From: Basidiobolus meristosporus CBS 931.73
Taxonomy: Eukaryota > Fungi > Basidiobolomycota
Assembly (NCBI GenBank): GCA_002104905.1
Contig: MCFE01000080.1
Coordinates: 116,152 to 180,151 of the forward strand
DNA: 64,000 nucleotides
Reading direction: 5' to 3'
Both the position numbers and the translations under genes were made by a program. Of this stretch, positions 40,417 through 55,100 are shown piece by piece. Every line of letters starts with the position of its first letter. The first letter of the stretch is position 1. The notes beneath the pieces are model-generated. The model ran no database searches and was not told the DNA's origin. It saw nothing but the letters and a program-made list of their open reading frames with translations.

Positions 40417-42669
40417 TCATACTGAGCCGTTCTTGGGATTTTCTGCAAGCTGGTCAATATCCATTGGTGTCGGTGTTTGAGTGGGACTATTATTTGTAGA
40501 CGTCAATGGTTCGTTCGGTATTTCGCCATCGATTTCCGTTTCCGCTTCTTGCCCATTAGCGTCCATTTTGTGATCGTCGTCTGGCTCTGACTTGACTTTG
40601 ACGTTGCTGTCCTCTCTAACAATTGGGTGACGATCAGCAGGAGCCGGAGTTGAGCCATCAGGTTTGTCCATTTCTGCCTCCACGAATTCGATCTCATTAT
40701 CGTAACGGGTAGAGGGTCCAGTAAGAGGAAACCCGACATGCTCGGAGTTCTGTGAAGTCACCTCCACTGCGGAAGTTTTATTGGCTTTACGCGCGCGATC
40801 ATTCATTTCCTTTTTGCGACTTCTTCTTGAAGAACGGGAACTCTGTTCTTTATAATTAACTTCATTCCGGCGGCCATCGTCATCTTCCGAATCGGACAGC
40901 TCCGTATCCGGAACAACTCGTGCGTCATATTGCTGTTTGGTAGCCCTCACGTTCGGGTCTCCATCCTCTTCCTCAGAAGAAAAGTCTCTGGGTACCTCTT
41001 GCATTTGGACAGAAGGGGCAAATGGGATTTGTCTCAAATTTTCTAGCACCTTCACCCGGATTTTCTCAAGGTATTCTCGTGTATTCAAGTTTTCCATATT
41101 GTTGGATGGAACATTAAGTTTATAATCGGGCCCGAAGTATTCGTAGTAATCATTATATGGTAGATCGTCATTCAATTCCTCATTTAAGATTACCCCAGTC
41201 TCATATGCCCAGGTACGGGAAACATTCCTAATGGTGTATCCACCACCGCCCAAGAATAGAAGAGGGACATTGAATCTTCTCATAAATTTGACACAGTGAC
41301 CATGCCCTAGTAATAAGATGTTCTAGAGCAATTAGAATCATATCTCGTATTCAATATTGGACAAAAACTAACCTTTCATAGATAGGTTGAAACAGCCTAA
41401 CCTATCTCCAGCCAAAGAGTCGGTTCCGCATTGCATCACAACTGCACCCGGCCTGTACCACTCCATAACATGGGTCATCACCTGAAAGTAAAATTTAACA
41501 AGAATACGATGCACAGGTCATTGGAAGGATTTTAGCCTCACCGACTCGAAAACCCCTTTGTAAGATTCGTCATTGATTCCGTCATGCAAAGGAAAGTTTA
41601 CAGCGTAGCTTTTCCCCTTTCCAATCCCGACATCCTGCGAGATTCACAAAAAAGCTTTACTACAAGGGCATTTGAGCGAATGTGGGTTCAATCGTACATC
41701 AATATCACCTGTACCAGGGAAATATTCCCCATATTTATGGAACGATACCGTCATGACTCGATCGGTGGTGTAGAAGGCCTCTTCAACACCATCCCCATGA
41801 TGGCAATCAATATCAATATATAGAACTCTCTGGTGATACCTACCAATACGCATATTTGTCAGCAGCCGAAATCATGCACATTTATCAGAATACCTCTTAC
41901 CTTAGTAACTCCAGGATTGCAAGCACAATATCGTTTACGTAGCAGAAGCCAGACGCTTCAGTTTTTTTGGCATGATGCAAGCCACCAGACCAGTTGATAA
42001 CGATATCCGACTCGCCTCTGTTGAGCTTATTGGCGCCGTCTTGATAGTAGTGGGCAATATAACAATTGATATGCAATGTTTCTGTTCAAGGTTCTTGCAA
42101 ATTAAAAGCACAAAAGATCATATAATGGTTTACCGATTGAACCACCAGCTGATATAGAGCAGAATTCGTATATGCCATCGAATACTGGACAATCATCACC
42201 TGATAAGACTACAATTATAAACATAATATAGTCAGCTGTAGCATAGTGGTTTCTTGCGACAAGAACACTGAGCATACATCTATTTTGGTGGGCCACCAGA
42301 TTTTCCATATTTTCTGGAGTCACCCTGTGGAGGAAATCTATATACTCATCTGAGTGGAAGCGGGTCATTTGTGTTTTGGTCGCACGAGTTGGTCTCTAGA
42401 TTAAGAACAAACTTAGGTTGCCGTTACGTCTATCCCAAGAAGCACTCTAGTGAAAGTCACCAATATTTCCATTTTTCTGTGTAGGCCATAGTTCACTACT
42501 AAGTTGTGGGTCATTCTCATACGGTGTGGCTTCATAGGATGTCCAGGGCCGTAAGAGTAATTTCCAACGTCAGCTATGGAACTAGTAATAAGGCTATCTT
42601 GACCTGCTAGCGTTGGACGATATAAGTCGACTTACCATCGTAATAATAGGAAACCCGCTCCTTCGACAT
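40417..42669 (-). CDS. RPD3: Class I histone deacetylase, multi-exon
   Basis: [98 protein letters not shown]. Confidence 0.97.
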
Positions 42670-43359
42670 GTTGATGGTGCAGTTTGGTAGTGAAAAGGTA
42701 TCAAAAGGTGCACGTATGTCTGTGACTTCTTTCAATGCTCCCAGCATTGCTGCTTGAACACTGATTCCCACATCCAACTCTATCACATGATCAATGCCTA
42801 TTCATTCTGCTTCAATAACCTCCACTGTATCAGAGTAAGGTACATACAATTGGCTGATTGGTTTAAGCTTTTGATGCTGCCACTACTTGATCTATCCAAA
42901 AAAGATCAATTGAATATCAATGAACCTACAACAATTACGAAATATTCTCCATATGACCATTGACGGGATTCTGGTACCAAGATAAATGCTGATGATGTGC
43001 AGCTTATAATTGGATTGGTATCATTTGTGTTATGACCTAAGCTTTTAAATCTACGAATGGCGCGGACGTATTCCGGATATGATTTGATCTCGACAAAGTG
43101 CTTGATCACTTTCATAATAGAAACCATTAGGCAAGCAGGTTTCCAGCCATTCGATGATGTCGAGGTACTAAAATAAAATAGGCCGTAGTTACATCCACAT
43201 ACATCTTGTTTTGGTTTCTCTTCGATCTACGGGATTTCGTGTATTCCTTCTCCCTTATTGAGCTCGTACTATTCCTCCTGACACTTGTAGAATCTGCCCC
43301 TCTTTACCTTGCTACCAGCTCTACCACATTCGCTTTTTCTTAATTGCCCTATATCTTTT

Positions 43360-44565
43360 ATGTCCATGCTGGAGGACGACCTGGAGCGTGGACTCACCGT
43401 AGAAGTTTTGTATGAAAATCAGAGAGGGTATGGTCTCCTCGTCTTCGAGTGTTACCCTGGCTAACATTAATTATATTCTTGCTCTGACTATCCTAGACTG
43501 TGGATTTGTGGGACGCCTCATTTCAGCCATAGAATGTAAGAGATTTTGAGAAGTCCCACTTAAAGACAAAGACTAACGTATAGGCTCATTTAGGTTAAAT
43601 CCTTTCGATAGTGCACCCTGGACTGACAAGTTCCAACGGTAAGAGTACCATTTTTGTTCCTAGGGGCCTCCTTTCTAACTTTTATGACAGGTTCTCACCA
43701 GTTGATATACATTCAGCCCAGCTTCCTGACCCGAGTTGGGATTGGGTAGGGGGTTCTTTAGAAGTATCCATAAATGCTCTCAACTAAAACTGCAATTGCT
43801 TCTGATAAGGCTGACCCATACTGGTATATTGACTCGTCCGGAGATATAGATGAAGAAGGCTGGGAATACGCTTTCATGTTCGGGTCCAATTCATGGCATG
43901 GTATATTGCAGCTCCTGAACAGTTGCCATTAAGGAACATTTGTATCTAAACCAGGACTGGACTTAGGCGATTTTAGATTCTTCCGGTCATTTGTTCGACG
44001 AAGAAGGTGGATTCGACATCGTAAACTGAAGGTTGGTACGAACCCACCTAGTGCAACATTTGTCACACCATGCCTAACTACAATCTCTTTGCAGGATCAC
44101 AAACCTACTTTTGCCGATCGGCAAATGAGATACATAACGCCAAACAGCCCGGACAAGAGTGAGGAAGATACCCCTATCAAGTCCAAGGGCATCGTTGCCA
44201 AGCTTAGAGAATGCCGGATCGATCGTGAACGTTTCATTATAATCGACGAGTATCTAAAGTTGACGAATAAGATAGAGCTTCAGGAGAAGGTACAGTGCTT
44301 ATCGTACGATTATGTCCTCAGTCTTGCAACTAACGAGCAACCATTGACAGATCCATGAAATCCTATGTACTTTGAATTACTCTTCAAGCAGGTCCCGGTT
44401 TATGTCGGTAGGTTTCAGAAGGATTCAATGGTCATACATTCGTGACTCTCAACTGGTTTTTTGTGCTAGATGGTAAATCAACGGTTTCCAGATATCGATA
44501 TCTCGAAATATCTGAACGAATTTGATTTCTATTCCGATTACAAAATGGTGGTCAAAGGTACCTAG
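43360..44565 (+). CDS. Dysferlin-domain protein, Spo73/Mug65-like, about 8 short exons
   Basis: Spliced by eye: VLYENQRG|LWICGTPHFSHR|..NPFDSAPWTD|..SPVDIHSAQLPDPSWDW|..WYIDSSGDIDEEGWEYAFMF..WHG|..SFVRRRRWIRHR|..LRECRIDRER. 3' end approximate. Confidence 0.75.
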
Positions 44566-45440
44566 ATCGTGTAAGGATCGTGACGCAGCCTCGGTCCACA
44601 CCGCCGTTCACAACCTGAGGTGCCTACCAACTGTTGAAACATGGCCAGGTTTCAGCTGTGCACCATGTTAGATATGACTGCCATTTCAAGAACTCTAATT
44701 CCCAGCTATCATTAACCTGTCAGTAAAATCTGCCATTTCAGCCACTTGTGCCTTTCTTATTTACCAATGGGGCTCCATTAATGATGTAGGTAGGCGAGAA
44801 GTGGGTTTTGCATGGATATCTGGATTAGGCAAACTGACGACCAAATAGGGAAGCCAATATTCCATTGGCACGTTGAATTACACCATGACCATGACGTTCA
44901 GATTCATAAGCTATGAATAATACTTTTTTAGCAAGCGGGTGCGTTCACCAACCAAAGCGTAGACTTTAGGACCTGGGAATAGACATCATTCGTCCATGTA
45001 TAGCTCATATTAAACTTTCAATAAAGATATCCAGGTCATGGTTAGTGTGCAAATAATGATATGATGGATAGTGGTGACTGAATCTAGATAACTCGGATCG
45101 AGTTTCCCCCAAGTACTTGTGTGTACAAATCCTCGAATCAGAAGCTCCTAGCTCCCAAGAACGAACGTGGGATAAAAGTGCCACTGCAAGTGCCATACTT
45201 GCCAAACCCACTCAGGCCATGGCAAATGGTTGATAAGTTTGCTAGATATCCAAATAGAGCTACAAGCGGATGGTCATTGGGGCCTTTGCACAAATTCACA
45301 GGGTGGGTCCGATTAATTCCACCTTCGGTGGACACTTTATTGACATCTGGTCTGCTACGGGAGTATATACAATGCTCTTGATAGAGATTTTCCCACTTGA
45401 AATAGTTGAATTGATAGTAACTTTGTACTAGAAGCATAAT

Positions 45441-46625
45441 TTACAGAGAGTTGGTTGCAACGGAGGCTTCTGTATCGGCACTTTCGTTAAACTCAATATC
45501 CCGTTTACACAACGGACACGTACGATTCAGCTTTAGCCACTCATCAATGCAATGGATATGAAAGTAATGGAAGCATCTCATCTCTCGCAAGTTCTCTCCG
45601 TCGTTGTATTCTTCCAAGCAAATACAGCATACGGCGTCCTCCTCCGATAGATTGACCGTGCCCTTAATGTTGATTTCTCTTCCCTCTTCCGCTTTCGACT
45701 TTCCTTTGTGATTGTTCCGCTTAAAGATTTTAAGAACCACTCGAAAGAATAGATTAGGCTGAGACGTGCCTCTCTGCGGGGCTGTGAGGTAAGTGAGTTC
45801 GGCTGGATTTTTGGTTGCTGTAGTGTCAGGGCCTTCTGCTTCTTTGTTGGCTTTGTCGTATTTCACTATGTTGAGTTTTGCGATGCTCTCTTCATTTGCT
45901 CCGGTCTCCAAAACCTCCCCAATCCTCAAGGCTCGTAAGATAATAAGTACGCATGGTAAGCACAATATAACTGTGCACAGCAGAATTGGCACGATAATCT
46001 TTAAATAGCCTATGATCACCAGCGCCAGGGTCAATCCATACAATTCCGTGGAGCTCGCCCCACACCTGTCGGAGGAGAATACAAGATAGTTCCCGACCAG
46101 GAAAAGGATTGTTCCGAAAAGATCCAATATGCTTCTACTACGATTTACCGCCCCCAACAAAATGGAGCCCGACAGACGTGGGTTGCGGCCGTCCGGGTGC
46201 AGATAGTACACACAAACCAAAGGAATATAAATAAAGAGACGGAAAGCACTGGAGAATAGATAAAAATGGTAGAGTGTCTGGCAGCTATCGAACGTAGAAA
46301 TGCTCAGCACCGTAATGATGGCAACGAGCTATTTTTACGCAAACGTTAGCTTAGTTTGGAGGCGAGCAAAAAGTCCTCAGAACAATGCAATTACCTGTAA
46401 TATCATCATGAACAGGGAGAACGTCAGAACCACTTTGTAGTAACGTGAGATAGATCGGTATCGGTGCAAAACATAGCCAAACCAGTTCCTTCTAGGCTCT
46501 ACAATCTGTTGGGCATTGTGTTCCGTAACCGAAACAACGGACCTCGTTGAAGATAGTGGAGAAAGATTAACGTCAACCAAGGGTATAGTGAAGCTGTTGT
46601 CATTGGTGTTGTTAGTTATCCTCAT
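45441..46625 (-). CDS. Multi-TM RING-H2 E3 ubiquitin ligase, 2 exons
   Basis: Several hydrophobic segments; C-terminal CCICLEEYNDGENLREMRCFHYFHIHCIDEWLKLNRTCPLCK; CLPC motif. Confidence 0.9.
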
Positions 46626-47309
46626 TATAGAGAAACCTAGACGATAGCAAGGAGAGAAGGGGATGTGGAATTATAGACGATTCCAAGTATATTTTCATTG
46701 ATAGACGGCATGAGAGTCAAATTCCATTTAGGATCGATACTATTATTGCGTGTGTGTTACAAGTCCATGAAGTGATATGGAGATATGCTCGTCTGTGTGC
46801 TACTCTCCCTTCATTGGTGAATCCGTCGTTAACACTACTTGAGAATGTTCATAATTCTGGGATGTTTCTGGCCCTTATCCCAGTCCAATTAGATCAAGCT
46901 GTACTGAAATACCTAGTCACGCGACAAGATGTTTTCAGTCAAGATTCATCTCCATGAAGGAGGCGTTGAAGTCATAGACCTCTAAATATCTTGGCACGGT
47001 GATGGTGACCGCGGCATAAAACTTGCCACGCAGAAAAGATTTCTCTGCCATGCAATCCGGTGGATTGTTTTCGGAGCAGAGTCAGCTACCTTGTGGGTCA
47101 AGTTATTTTATAAGGGTTATACGTGCCAGTACCGGTACCAGTTAAGGAAGGTGGGTGTTTAGGGCTGTATATAGTCGTCGCATAGTTACATCAATATCTG
47201 GTGGTAATGTAAGTGGGGGCCTGTGTGATTACTGAGTATGTCGATGTACGGTACGTGCTTGTCTGATACAAGAGCCACTTTGAATAAATATTGTTCTTTG
47301 TGCATTGGT

Positions 47310-48492
47310 TTACTGGTAAGAATTCCCAGTGACGCAAGTCCTGGGAAACCCACCAATGACAGAGTTGGTGGTAAGGTTGAATCCAATCAGCCAGTCCAAT
47401 CCCAACTCATCAGTGATCGCCATTTCGTCTCCAACGCTAACGTCTATTTCACCATCCTGCCGCGACTTGTACGGCAAAATGGCCGACATCACAAATGAAT
47501 AGTCAGGCAGTACCTCGGTTTCATTCAGTAGGCTATTCGAAGTACTGCTGGAGCTCCGATTTTGATGCTGCTTGGTTCCTCGCAGCGGGACAACCGATAG
47601 TCGATATATCGTTGGTTTAGGATAGGCCGTACGAGTGGTGGTGGTAACAGAGGAATCGCCTGGACTACGTGTTAGTACACATATTGACTAGGCAAGACCA
47701 TTGGTATTGGTGTCTACCTTCTAATAATAGCTGTGGGGTAGAAGATGGTTGGACACCAGCTCTGCTGCGACCTGAGATGACGGCAGGGTGCATGCTTGGA
47801 TGCATCCGGCTTTCATGCACATTGTTAGATAAGAATGGGCTTGATTGTACCATTCTGGGCGATGTTTGTGCGTCATGCAAGTCCACGTAGCCTAGGATTC
47901 AAATACAGGGTTAGGTGATACAGAGAGGGTGACTTGATGTCAAGTGCTACCTTGTGAGCCTCTTGCAGACTTCGGCCACCTGTTGGCCTGGCGGCGTTTT
48001 ATGTACAAATATATAAGCGCTCCCCCAACGAAACTGATAATTAATACCGTGGCAATGATGATGCCAATTCCAGCGGCAGGTGGTAAACCCATGAGAGGTT
48101 TAGGGGAATCCATCGACTGCTCGATTTTATTGCTTCCTGTGGTCCCAGGAGATCCAGTCTGCTTAGGAGAGTATGGTGTCGAGAGTGTTCTGGCAGGGGG
48201 CACTAATTGTGCTGCTATACCACAACCGCCGTTAGTCTGGATGGCTTAAAGCAGTAAGCAAAGCTAGTGAAGCATAGAGCATACATGATTGGGTAATAGA
48301 TGCCAAATCAGGACTTGCTGCTGGCGCACTATTCTGCATTGACGGGGCAGGCTTGGGCTCTGTGACTGGTGTAGCGCCAGGCTCATTAAAAGTGCTGCTC
48401 ATTAATTTGCCATCCCTTCTTCTGTGCCGGTAGGGCATAGCAGTGGGCGTTGAACTACAACAATGACGAGTGCTGGTGTTAGCTATGGGCAT
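47310..48492 (-). CDS. Single-pass membrane protein with C-terminal SH3-like domain, multi-exon
   Basis: TM AAGIGIIIATVLIISFVGGALIYLYI-KRR; SAILPYKSRQDGEIDVSVGDEMAI..DWLIGFNLTT..GGFPRTCV is SH3-like. Exon joins are inferred. Confidence 0.65.
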
Positions 48493-49948
48493 TACCTAAG
48501 CATATTCGGTGATACATACGAATACAACGAAATATCTAGACTGCCAATCATATCAGATGAATGATCATCCCAACACCGGGAGAAATCAGTGCTCTTTGCT
48601 GAAGACATAATAGAAAGTTCCTATATGTGACGAATATTCGGATATCAACTTCAGCCTCCAGACCAGCAGGATAGTATGCAGAGTGCGCAAGCAATATGGC
48701 CTATCTTGTTTACAAAATAGCCCACAACTAGAAGGTAGGATGGACTGTGGTGATAGACTCAAGGATGGGATATTACTAAATAAAGCCTAGCTATGATTCT
48801 TCGAACCCCAAGAGCACGCACATGTTTATATAGAAGATAGGGTGAGCGGGGATTTCTTGATAAAATTGCAACTGTGAGGTGGGGTAAAGTGGTGCAGAGT
48901 CACAAGCGGGGGCCTGAGATGCCTGAAGCTCCATGCAGTGAAGTGCTGGCTGCCTGCTTTTGTTTTCCGAGAAACTACGTGCGGGTGATGACTGGCCAAT
49001 ACACCAAGAGCTTGGTGAACACCGCTGTTACTTAGACAGTAGATATCAAGTGTTTCATATTCTTATTGGCGTCGTTTATCACACATCCTAACCCCCAGCG
49101 TGATGTTATCAGTGCTAGGACATGCAACCAACGGATCTTGTTTCTTGTATGGGTCCTTCTTCGCCGCATAGCAAGCACATTGTAGCACCTCACTTACATT
49201 ACCCTTGAGCCGGACATAAACCAGCGCTCATCGCCAGCAACTTCTATCGTGTTAATTTTGTTTAGGTCAGTGAATTGTCATGATGATTTCCTGTTGCCTA
49301 GTAGAGCTTTACACCGCCAGCAGAATATTCTCCGTAACAACATCATACGAGGTGAAGCATCATGGACATTTAACTATTGAATAGCGTAGGATGCTTGCAT
49401 GCTCTGTGCTGGCTGATGGTTCATGATTAAAGAGGATTTAGAAACATACAAGCAGCACTCGTGCGTATCCCTAGGATCGATTTATTATTTGGCTGATCCA
49501 ACCGTATCACTGCTCAGCGAAAAACAGAGAGAAATACGCAACAACGACTCTAGAGTTATCCTTCAATCGAAAACAATAAGATCCGCCCGACGTTACCAGG
49601 GCAGTGGGCCTGGTGGGCAACATAACTCTCGATACTATAGGTGTCACTTCTCAATTTACTTGCAGCTAACATAGTTGTGGACCCTTCAGCACCACCAATC
49701 CCGCAAACACTGTATAAGCGAGTGTCTCAGAAATTTGGCCCCGTCTGCAATCTGAAACTCAGTCACTTGTTTGTAATTCCAAGGTCAATAAACTTACACT
49801 TTGGTTTCGATTCACAGGGGCTACACCATATCAGCATGGTGCGGTCTATTGGCTGGTCTCAACAGAGTCGGCTCTTGACGTCTCAAATATTAATACTTGT
49901 TAGCTGCCATGCTAGATCCATAACCACTGTAATAACCAGTATCTTGCA

Positions 49949-50890
49949 ATGTATTTGGCGAGCAATCTTTCCTACAACATCATTTTATGGCGTCGCTTTC
50001 ATATCGTGATATTTCTGGTACTGCTGCTCGTTGGAGTCATGAATGCCCAGCGAGATATCGCACCACGTTTCATACAAAGCTTAACCTTCACAACAAAACT
50101 CAAGAAACTACATGTTCTACTCCTTGGTGATTCGATTACTGCCGGGTGGACCCAGGGAGGCTGGGCTATTCATAGCTATGGGATCAAATTCCAAAAGCTA
50201 CTCAATGAAGAGGGGTACAACGTTAAGGTTTGTTGCTTTCTAACTCTGGGTATGAATCAATCTGAGAACTATTGCATAGGTAGAGATACGAGGGATTCCT
50301 GGTGAGGCAGTCTTAGGTTCTATGACCCAAACGACTAGGGTCATTTTAGACAACGCGGAAAGCTTAGGTCGACACTTTGACTATGCTATCGTTTTGGCGG
50401 GAACAAATGACGTATTTCAAGGTTATCCTGCTCATAGAATTGTGGAAGGCTTGAAGTATATGTATGACAGGATTCGGCGGCATGGGGCCAAGCTCATGAT
50501 CTTGACAATTCCAGAATTCAATTGGGCAAGTTGTACTTGATGAAGAGATCGAGCTAGATTGGAGTTCTCATATAAATATATAGGATAGAGTAAATAAGAA
50601 TGAGCCGCAACGAAGATTAGTGAATGCCTACTTACGGTAGTATGCATTCAGCCACGAATCTCTCATACTATTGACTAAGCCTATGCACATTATTTAGAAC
50701 CTTTGTAGCTGAACAAAACTCGACTGATCTATATTTGTATGATTTTGCGCGGGCTTTTCCGCTTCGTTCTTTGGACGCCAATACTCGGAGTAAATTGTGG
50801 GACATGGATAATATACATCCTAGTGTTTTAGGCTATGATGTGATGGGGGACAAGATTCATACCGAGTTTAGGAGATTCGTACAGCAATAG
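49949..50890 (+). CDS. SGNH/GDSL hydrolase with N-terminal signal or anchor, 4 exons
   Basis: Block I LLLGDSITAG, block II RGIPGE, block III LAGTND, block V DNIHP..GY; stop at 50890. Confidence 0.88.
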
Positions 50891-53800
50891 ATACAAACTT
50901 TACCTCTTGTTGACCTTGAAGGCGAAACTATGTTCAACAGAGTGTTGACTGCCAAAAGGTATAAATCATGTTAAATCTCTACACTGCCATTCCTTTATGA
51001 TAAATTGATGAATGAATAGAATATAACCCTGCTTGTTGGGATTCTGCGCAAGTTACACATCATTTTCCGAGATTTAGTTTTAATGCAATGGCACACTTAT
51101 GCACCAATTAGAGTTCATCCTAGCACCCTCAATGTGTTGTTTTCCAGTATACCAACATTAGTTTAAAACGGCCATAACTACTCTACCAACATTTCCAACA
51201 CGTACATCTTCTATTTGCACATTTATGAAAAATACCTAATTTCTGCAACCACCCTTTGTTAGCTATGCTACATTCTAGTAGAAACTTCAAACTCAGGTTT
51301 TACCCTTCCCCCTGGTAGTTGTTTTCGTATCGGTCATTACTTGAGAGATAACCAGTTTTAGCGCAATAAGATCCACGCACTTTTTAAATATTCTAAATCA
51401 TCTATAGGCACCTGCTACCACCTTCTGCACATTCCTCATGTGGGGCCATACTACATTATAGGTATTGGTATTTTGATGCTTAACCACATTTGGGCTCTTA
51501 CTGTTTTTTGCACAAGGTCCATTCGAGACTTCTGTTAGAAAATTTTGATACGCACTGAACTCTAATCTTGTGCCAGGTCAATTACACCACATTAAGCTCC
51601 CATTTGCTGCTCTTAACTATTACCCTACCCATCCAAGTGTTTTGGTATATGTATATATCTATGCTATATATTAATATTATTTAATTTCTCAGCACTTTCA
51701 GAGCCAAGCCTACCTCAAGTAAAATATTGTACAATTATGAACAGATTGCAGCATATTGCCCGAAGGCATAATAGAATCCTTCAATGAGATATTCATTAAG
51801 GGTAAGGCAAATAGAACATTCTATAACGTTCCAAAAGGTGGTTAGGATAACATGGTATGCTTAACAAATATTTCAAATGAAAACAGTAAAAATTTAATTC
51901 AAATTAAACTAGAAATCGCAAAGATAAATGCCTGTGGTAGTTGGAGTATGGTCCTACATACAAATATAGGTTCTCAGCTGCGTTAGTGCTGGATGTCTCT
52001 CAAAATATAGCCAATACAAAGCTCTTGGTTACAAGAGGGGTGGAATAGCATCTGGAGACCATATGAAGAAAGGTGCATATACCGGGGAGTAGAAAAATCC
52101 AAGTATGAAATTGCAACTTGCAATAATATATGAAAGTGACCCTTGGCGCCCACTATACACTTGCAAAGCCAAAGGAGGCAACTGCAGAACTCCAAATGCT
52201 GTGTGGTATATAATTACAAGTCTCCACTCACATCAGCCGCTTGCCACACAAACTATAATGGCATCAATCTCATTATCAGCTTAAGCAGCTTTTAGTAGAA
52301 TATGACGTATGCAAACATGAAAGAAACCACACTAGGTGGACTCCACACCCTATGGTAACAATAGCATTATTGTTGCTTGTGCGTGATAGGATCATGCAAA
52401 ACAGGTTGTACAGTGCACGACATCAGCAAGCATAAATCATTTCTTAGTAAAATCGAGCAAAACTAAAAACACCTATGGAAAACTGTTGTAAGAACTATTG
52501 AAACCAAATATTGATGCTTGAAAATCAACTTCAGAGCCAATAAGGAAGGTGCAAAGCCCCGGGAAGGATATGCGTGAAGTATGAGAATTATTCTCCCTTT
52601 TGGCATTTCTGCAATTTCAAAGAAATATTAACCAAGCTAAAGTTTTAGTGCGGTGTGGGATCATGATATTGTATAGCTTATCTGCAAGGCATTATTCTAG
52701 AATGCAGTAATGACTTCGTATCAGAAGCACATTCTTTTCCACAGCTTATGTGACCCCTCCCCGCAATTTATTCACACCAACAGTAGGTCAAGTGGAAGTT
52801 TTGCCCTTTTGACTACAGGATGCTGCAATGGAAGGTAATAGAAGCTTAAGGGACATAAAGTCTTTCAATCGCCTCGATTATAACATCACCAATACTTTAC
52901 CAAATCCAGAATATAAATGCAAACACAATTTTGTCAATTAGCCCATACGCCAACGCCCCAAGGGTTTTCCAATTTAGCAGTACGCAATATAGTACGAGTA
53001 GTATCCCGCATCTGTGAATCAATGTACATTTATACCGTAGTCCTGAACCATTCATCGCGCGTGATATCTATGCTTGGATTGGAATATCGAAATCTGTGGA
53101 ATGCCCTAATTTCGAAACATCAAACTCTACATTTTGATCTCACCTTATCGGCCTCCATGCTAATCACTCAGCGATAAGCTTTACACCGAAAATACTTCTG
53201 TATACAAATGTATATAAATATATATATAACGATTACAATTGCGTCTTCTTGATATGGATATTGATAGCAAGACATTTCTATCAGATAAATGAATGGGCTG
53301 CTGTGTTGGTTCGTGTAGTGAGTAGCTTGCCACTCTGTATCCATAATTTTTGTATACCGCTTGGCAGTTAGGTCCTTGAGCATTTTCGAAAGCTGTGTTC
53401 CCACATTACCTTGGCCTTGACACTTGCTGTGCTCACTGCTGCAATAAGCTTCGTTTAGCAAATCCTCTATACTCCATAATTTCCGTTCGCCTCTCGTTCT
53501 ATTAGCTGCGTTAATCCGTAGATCCATACGTAGTGACGTGTATGGCCTCTAGTGACTTTTAGTCGTGGTGTAGAGCATAATTCACAACCGATAGGAATGC
53601 TGGAAATTCCTTGCGAAGTATGGATGGCCATGAAATGGGCGTTACCGCAGAGTACATGGACAGAAAGTGAACATCAAGGCTGGCTTATATCAATGGTAAT
53701 GATCCCATGAATGCCTCGTCAAAAGGTAATCAAATCTCCCGTGAAAATATTAGTTACTCACCCATTTGGCAATTACCCTTGGCCACATTTGCAAGAATTA

Positions 53801-55100
53801 ATATTCTAGATGATCAACATCGTGTATTCCTTTTCAATACAGTTCGCCTGGATATCCTCCTACCCACCTTACTTGATATGGCAGGCGCAGAAATAGAAAC
53901 AGTCGACTGCATTATACCATATAAGCACTTGAAAGTTTCTGGTTGGATATTTGTCACATTGCTATACCATAATAGGGTCAGCCAACAGGCTAGTCTGAAG
54001 AGAGCGTGAATGACTGTGCCTCTAATCAGATCCTCTGCAAATAGTACAACGGTTCCACAATGAGATTGCTTGGGGTTCACTGGCCTAATCCTTTAATTCC
54101 ATCCAGTAACGACTCTATGAGACTGTAAAATACCATTACATAACCGAATGACTTTTCTATTTATTAAGCATCGGCTGCACTCACGGACAGCAGAGCAACC
54201 TCGCGGATATCAATCAATGGGCTAGACTCATCTGCCATTGTCAGTAGCTAGTGCAGTGTTCATCTGAAATAAACTCGGGCATATCCAAAGAACGAGTGGC
54301 TTGTGTTAGTCCCCCAGTGACCAGGCCAACTATATTCGTAGCCTCTACTGAAATTGCTCTCAGGCGCTATTTTATATTTGGAAATATAATGGTTCTAGAA
54401 CAACTATGCAACAAGAGCACTCCGTAACCAATATCGCCTATGGTACTGCTGGGGATCGGTCTTAGTTATAGCATGGTGCTCAAGGTTTAGGGTGAAGATT
54501 TATATTGAATGAAGTCATAATCTACATACTGATACCCTTTAGGGCAAGGATACCCATTGACTGAGTCGGGAATTTAGGATCAATTCGGTAGCACTCTCGT
54601 GTGTGCAGTTACACGGAATATCATTTCATTCATATCCAATCCACATGTAAGTATCAATGACCGCCTAGAATGGAAATTTGAAGATGCAATTGGAACTATG
54701 TCATGGTTAAGAGATTTTGCTCAATTCAAGGTGACAAATTTTCAGATGATTTATCATATTACCTGAGAACGTACAATCAATGATTACAGTGGCCCACTAT
54801 CCTAGTGTCTTGGCTTCAGTACCTATCTGTTTTGTGTAACAGATAAATAACAGCGGCCTATCCCTGTGTATGATTGACTTCCTCTGACCTTTGTATTTCA
54901 AACATGCAGCCAATGGAGTGTCTTCATTGGCTCTCTATCAATGTTCCCTGGCTGGGAATGATTGTATTTAAAGAAACAAGCCCGGATTTTTTTTCTATAG
55001 AGCCGGTGTAGTAAGTTCTTCCCACCCAAATTCCCATATTACCTCAAACCTTCCTCTCACAACACCACCAGAGAACGCTGGGTACGCTACATCAGAACTA

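Noticed and set aside
34177-44565. Possible meiosis/sporulation gene cluster (DUF4451, cyclin B, RPD3, Spo73-like)
   Set aside because: No shared motif or co-regulation evidence; such neighbours are expected by chance in a gene-dense fungal genome.
53168-53527. 119-aa ORF with an SIEDLLN motif
   Set aside because: No other homology cues, and the 3' part runs into AT-rich low complexity; coding status unsupported.
53814-54080. VVLFAEDL...FKCLYG resembling RT LFADD/YLG motifs, with a similar VLFAEDI at ~48590
   Set aside because: No upstream QG or AFD motifs and no CpG depletion; too weak to call.
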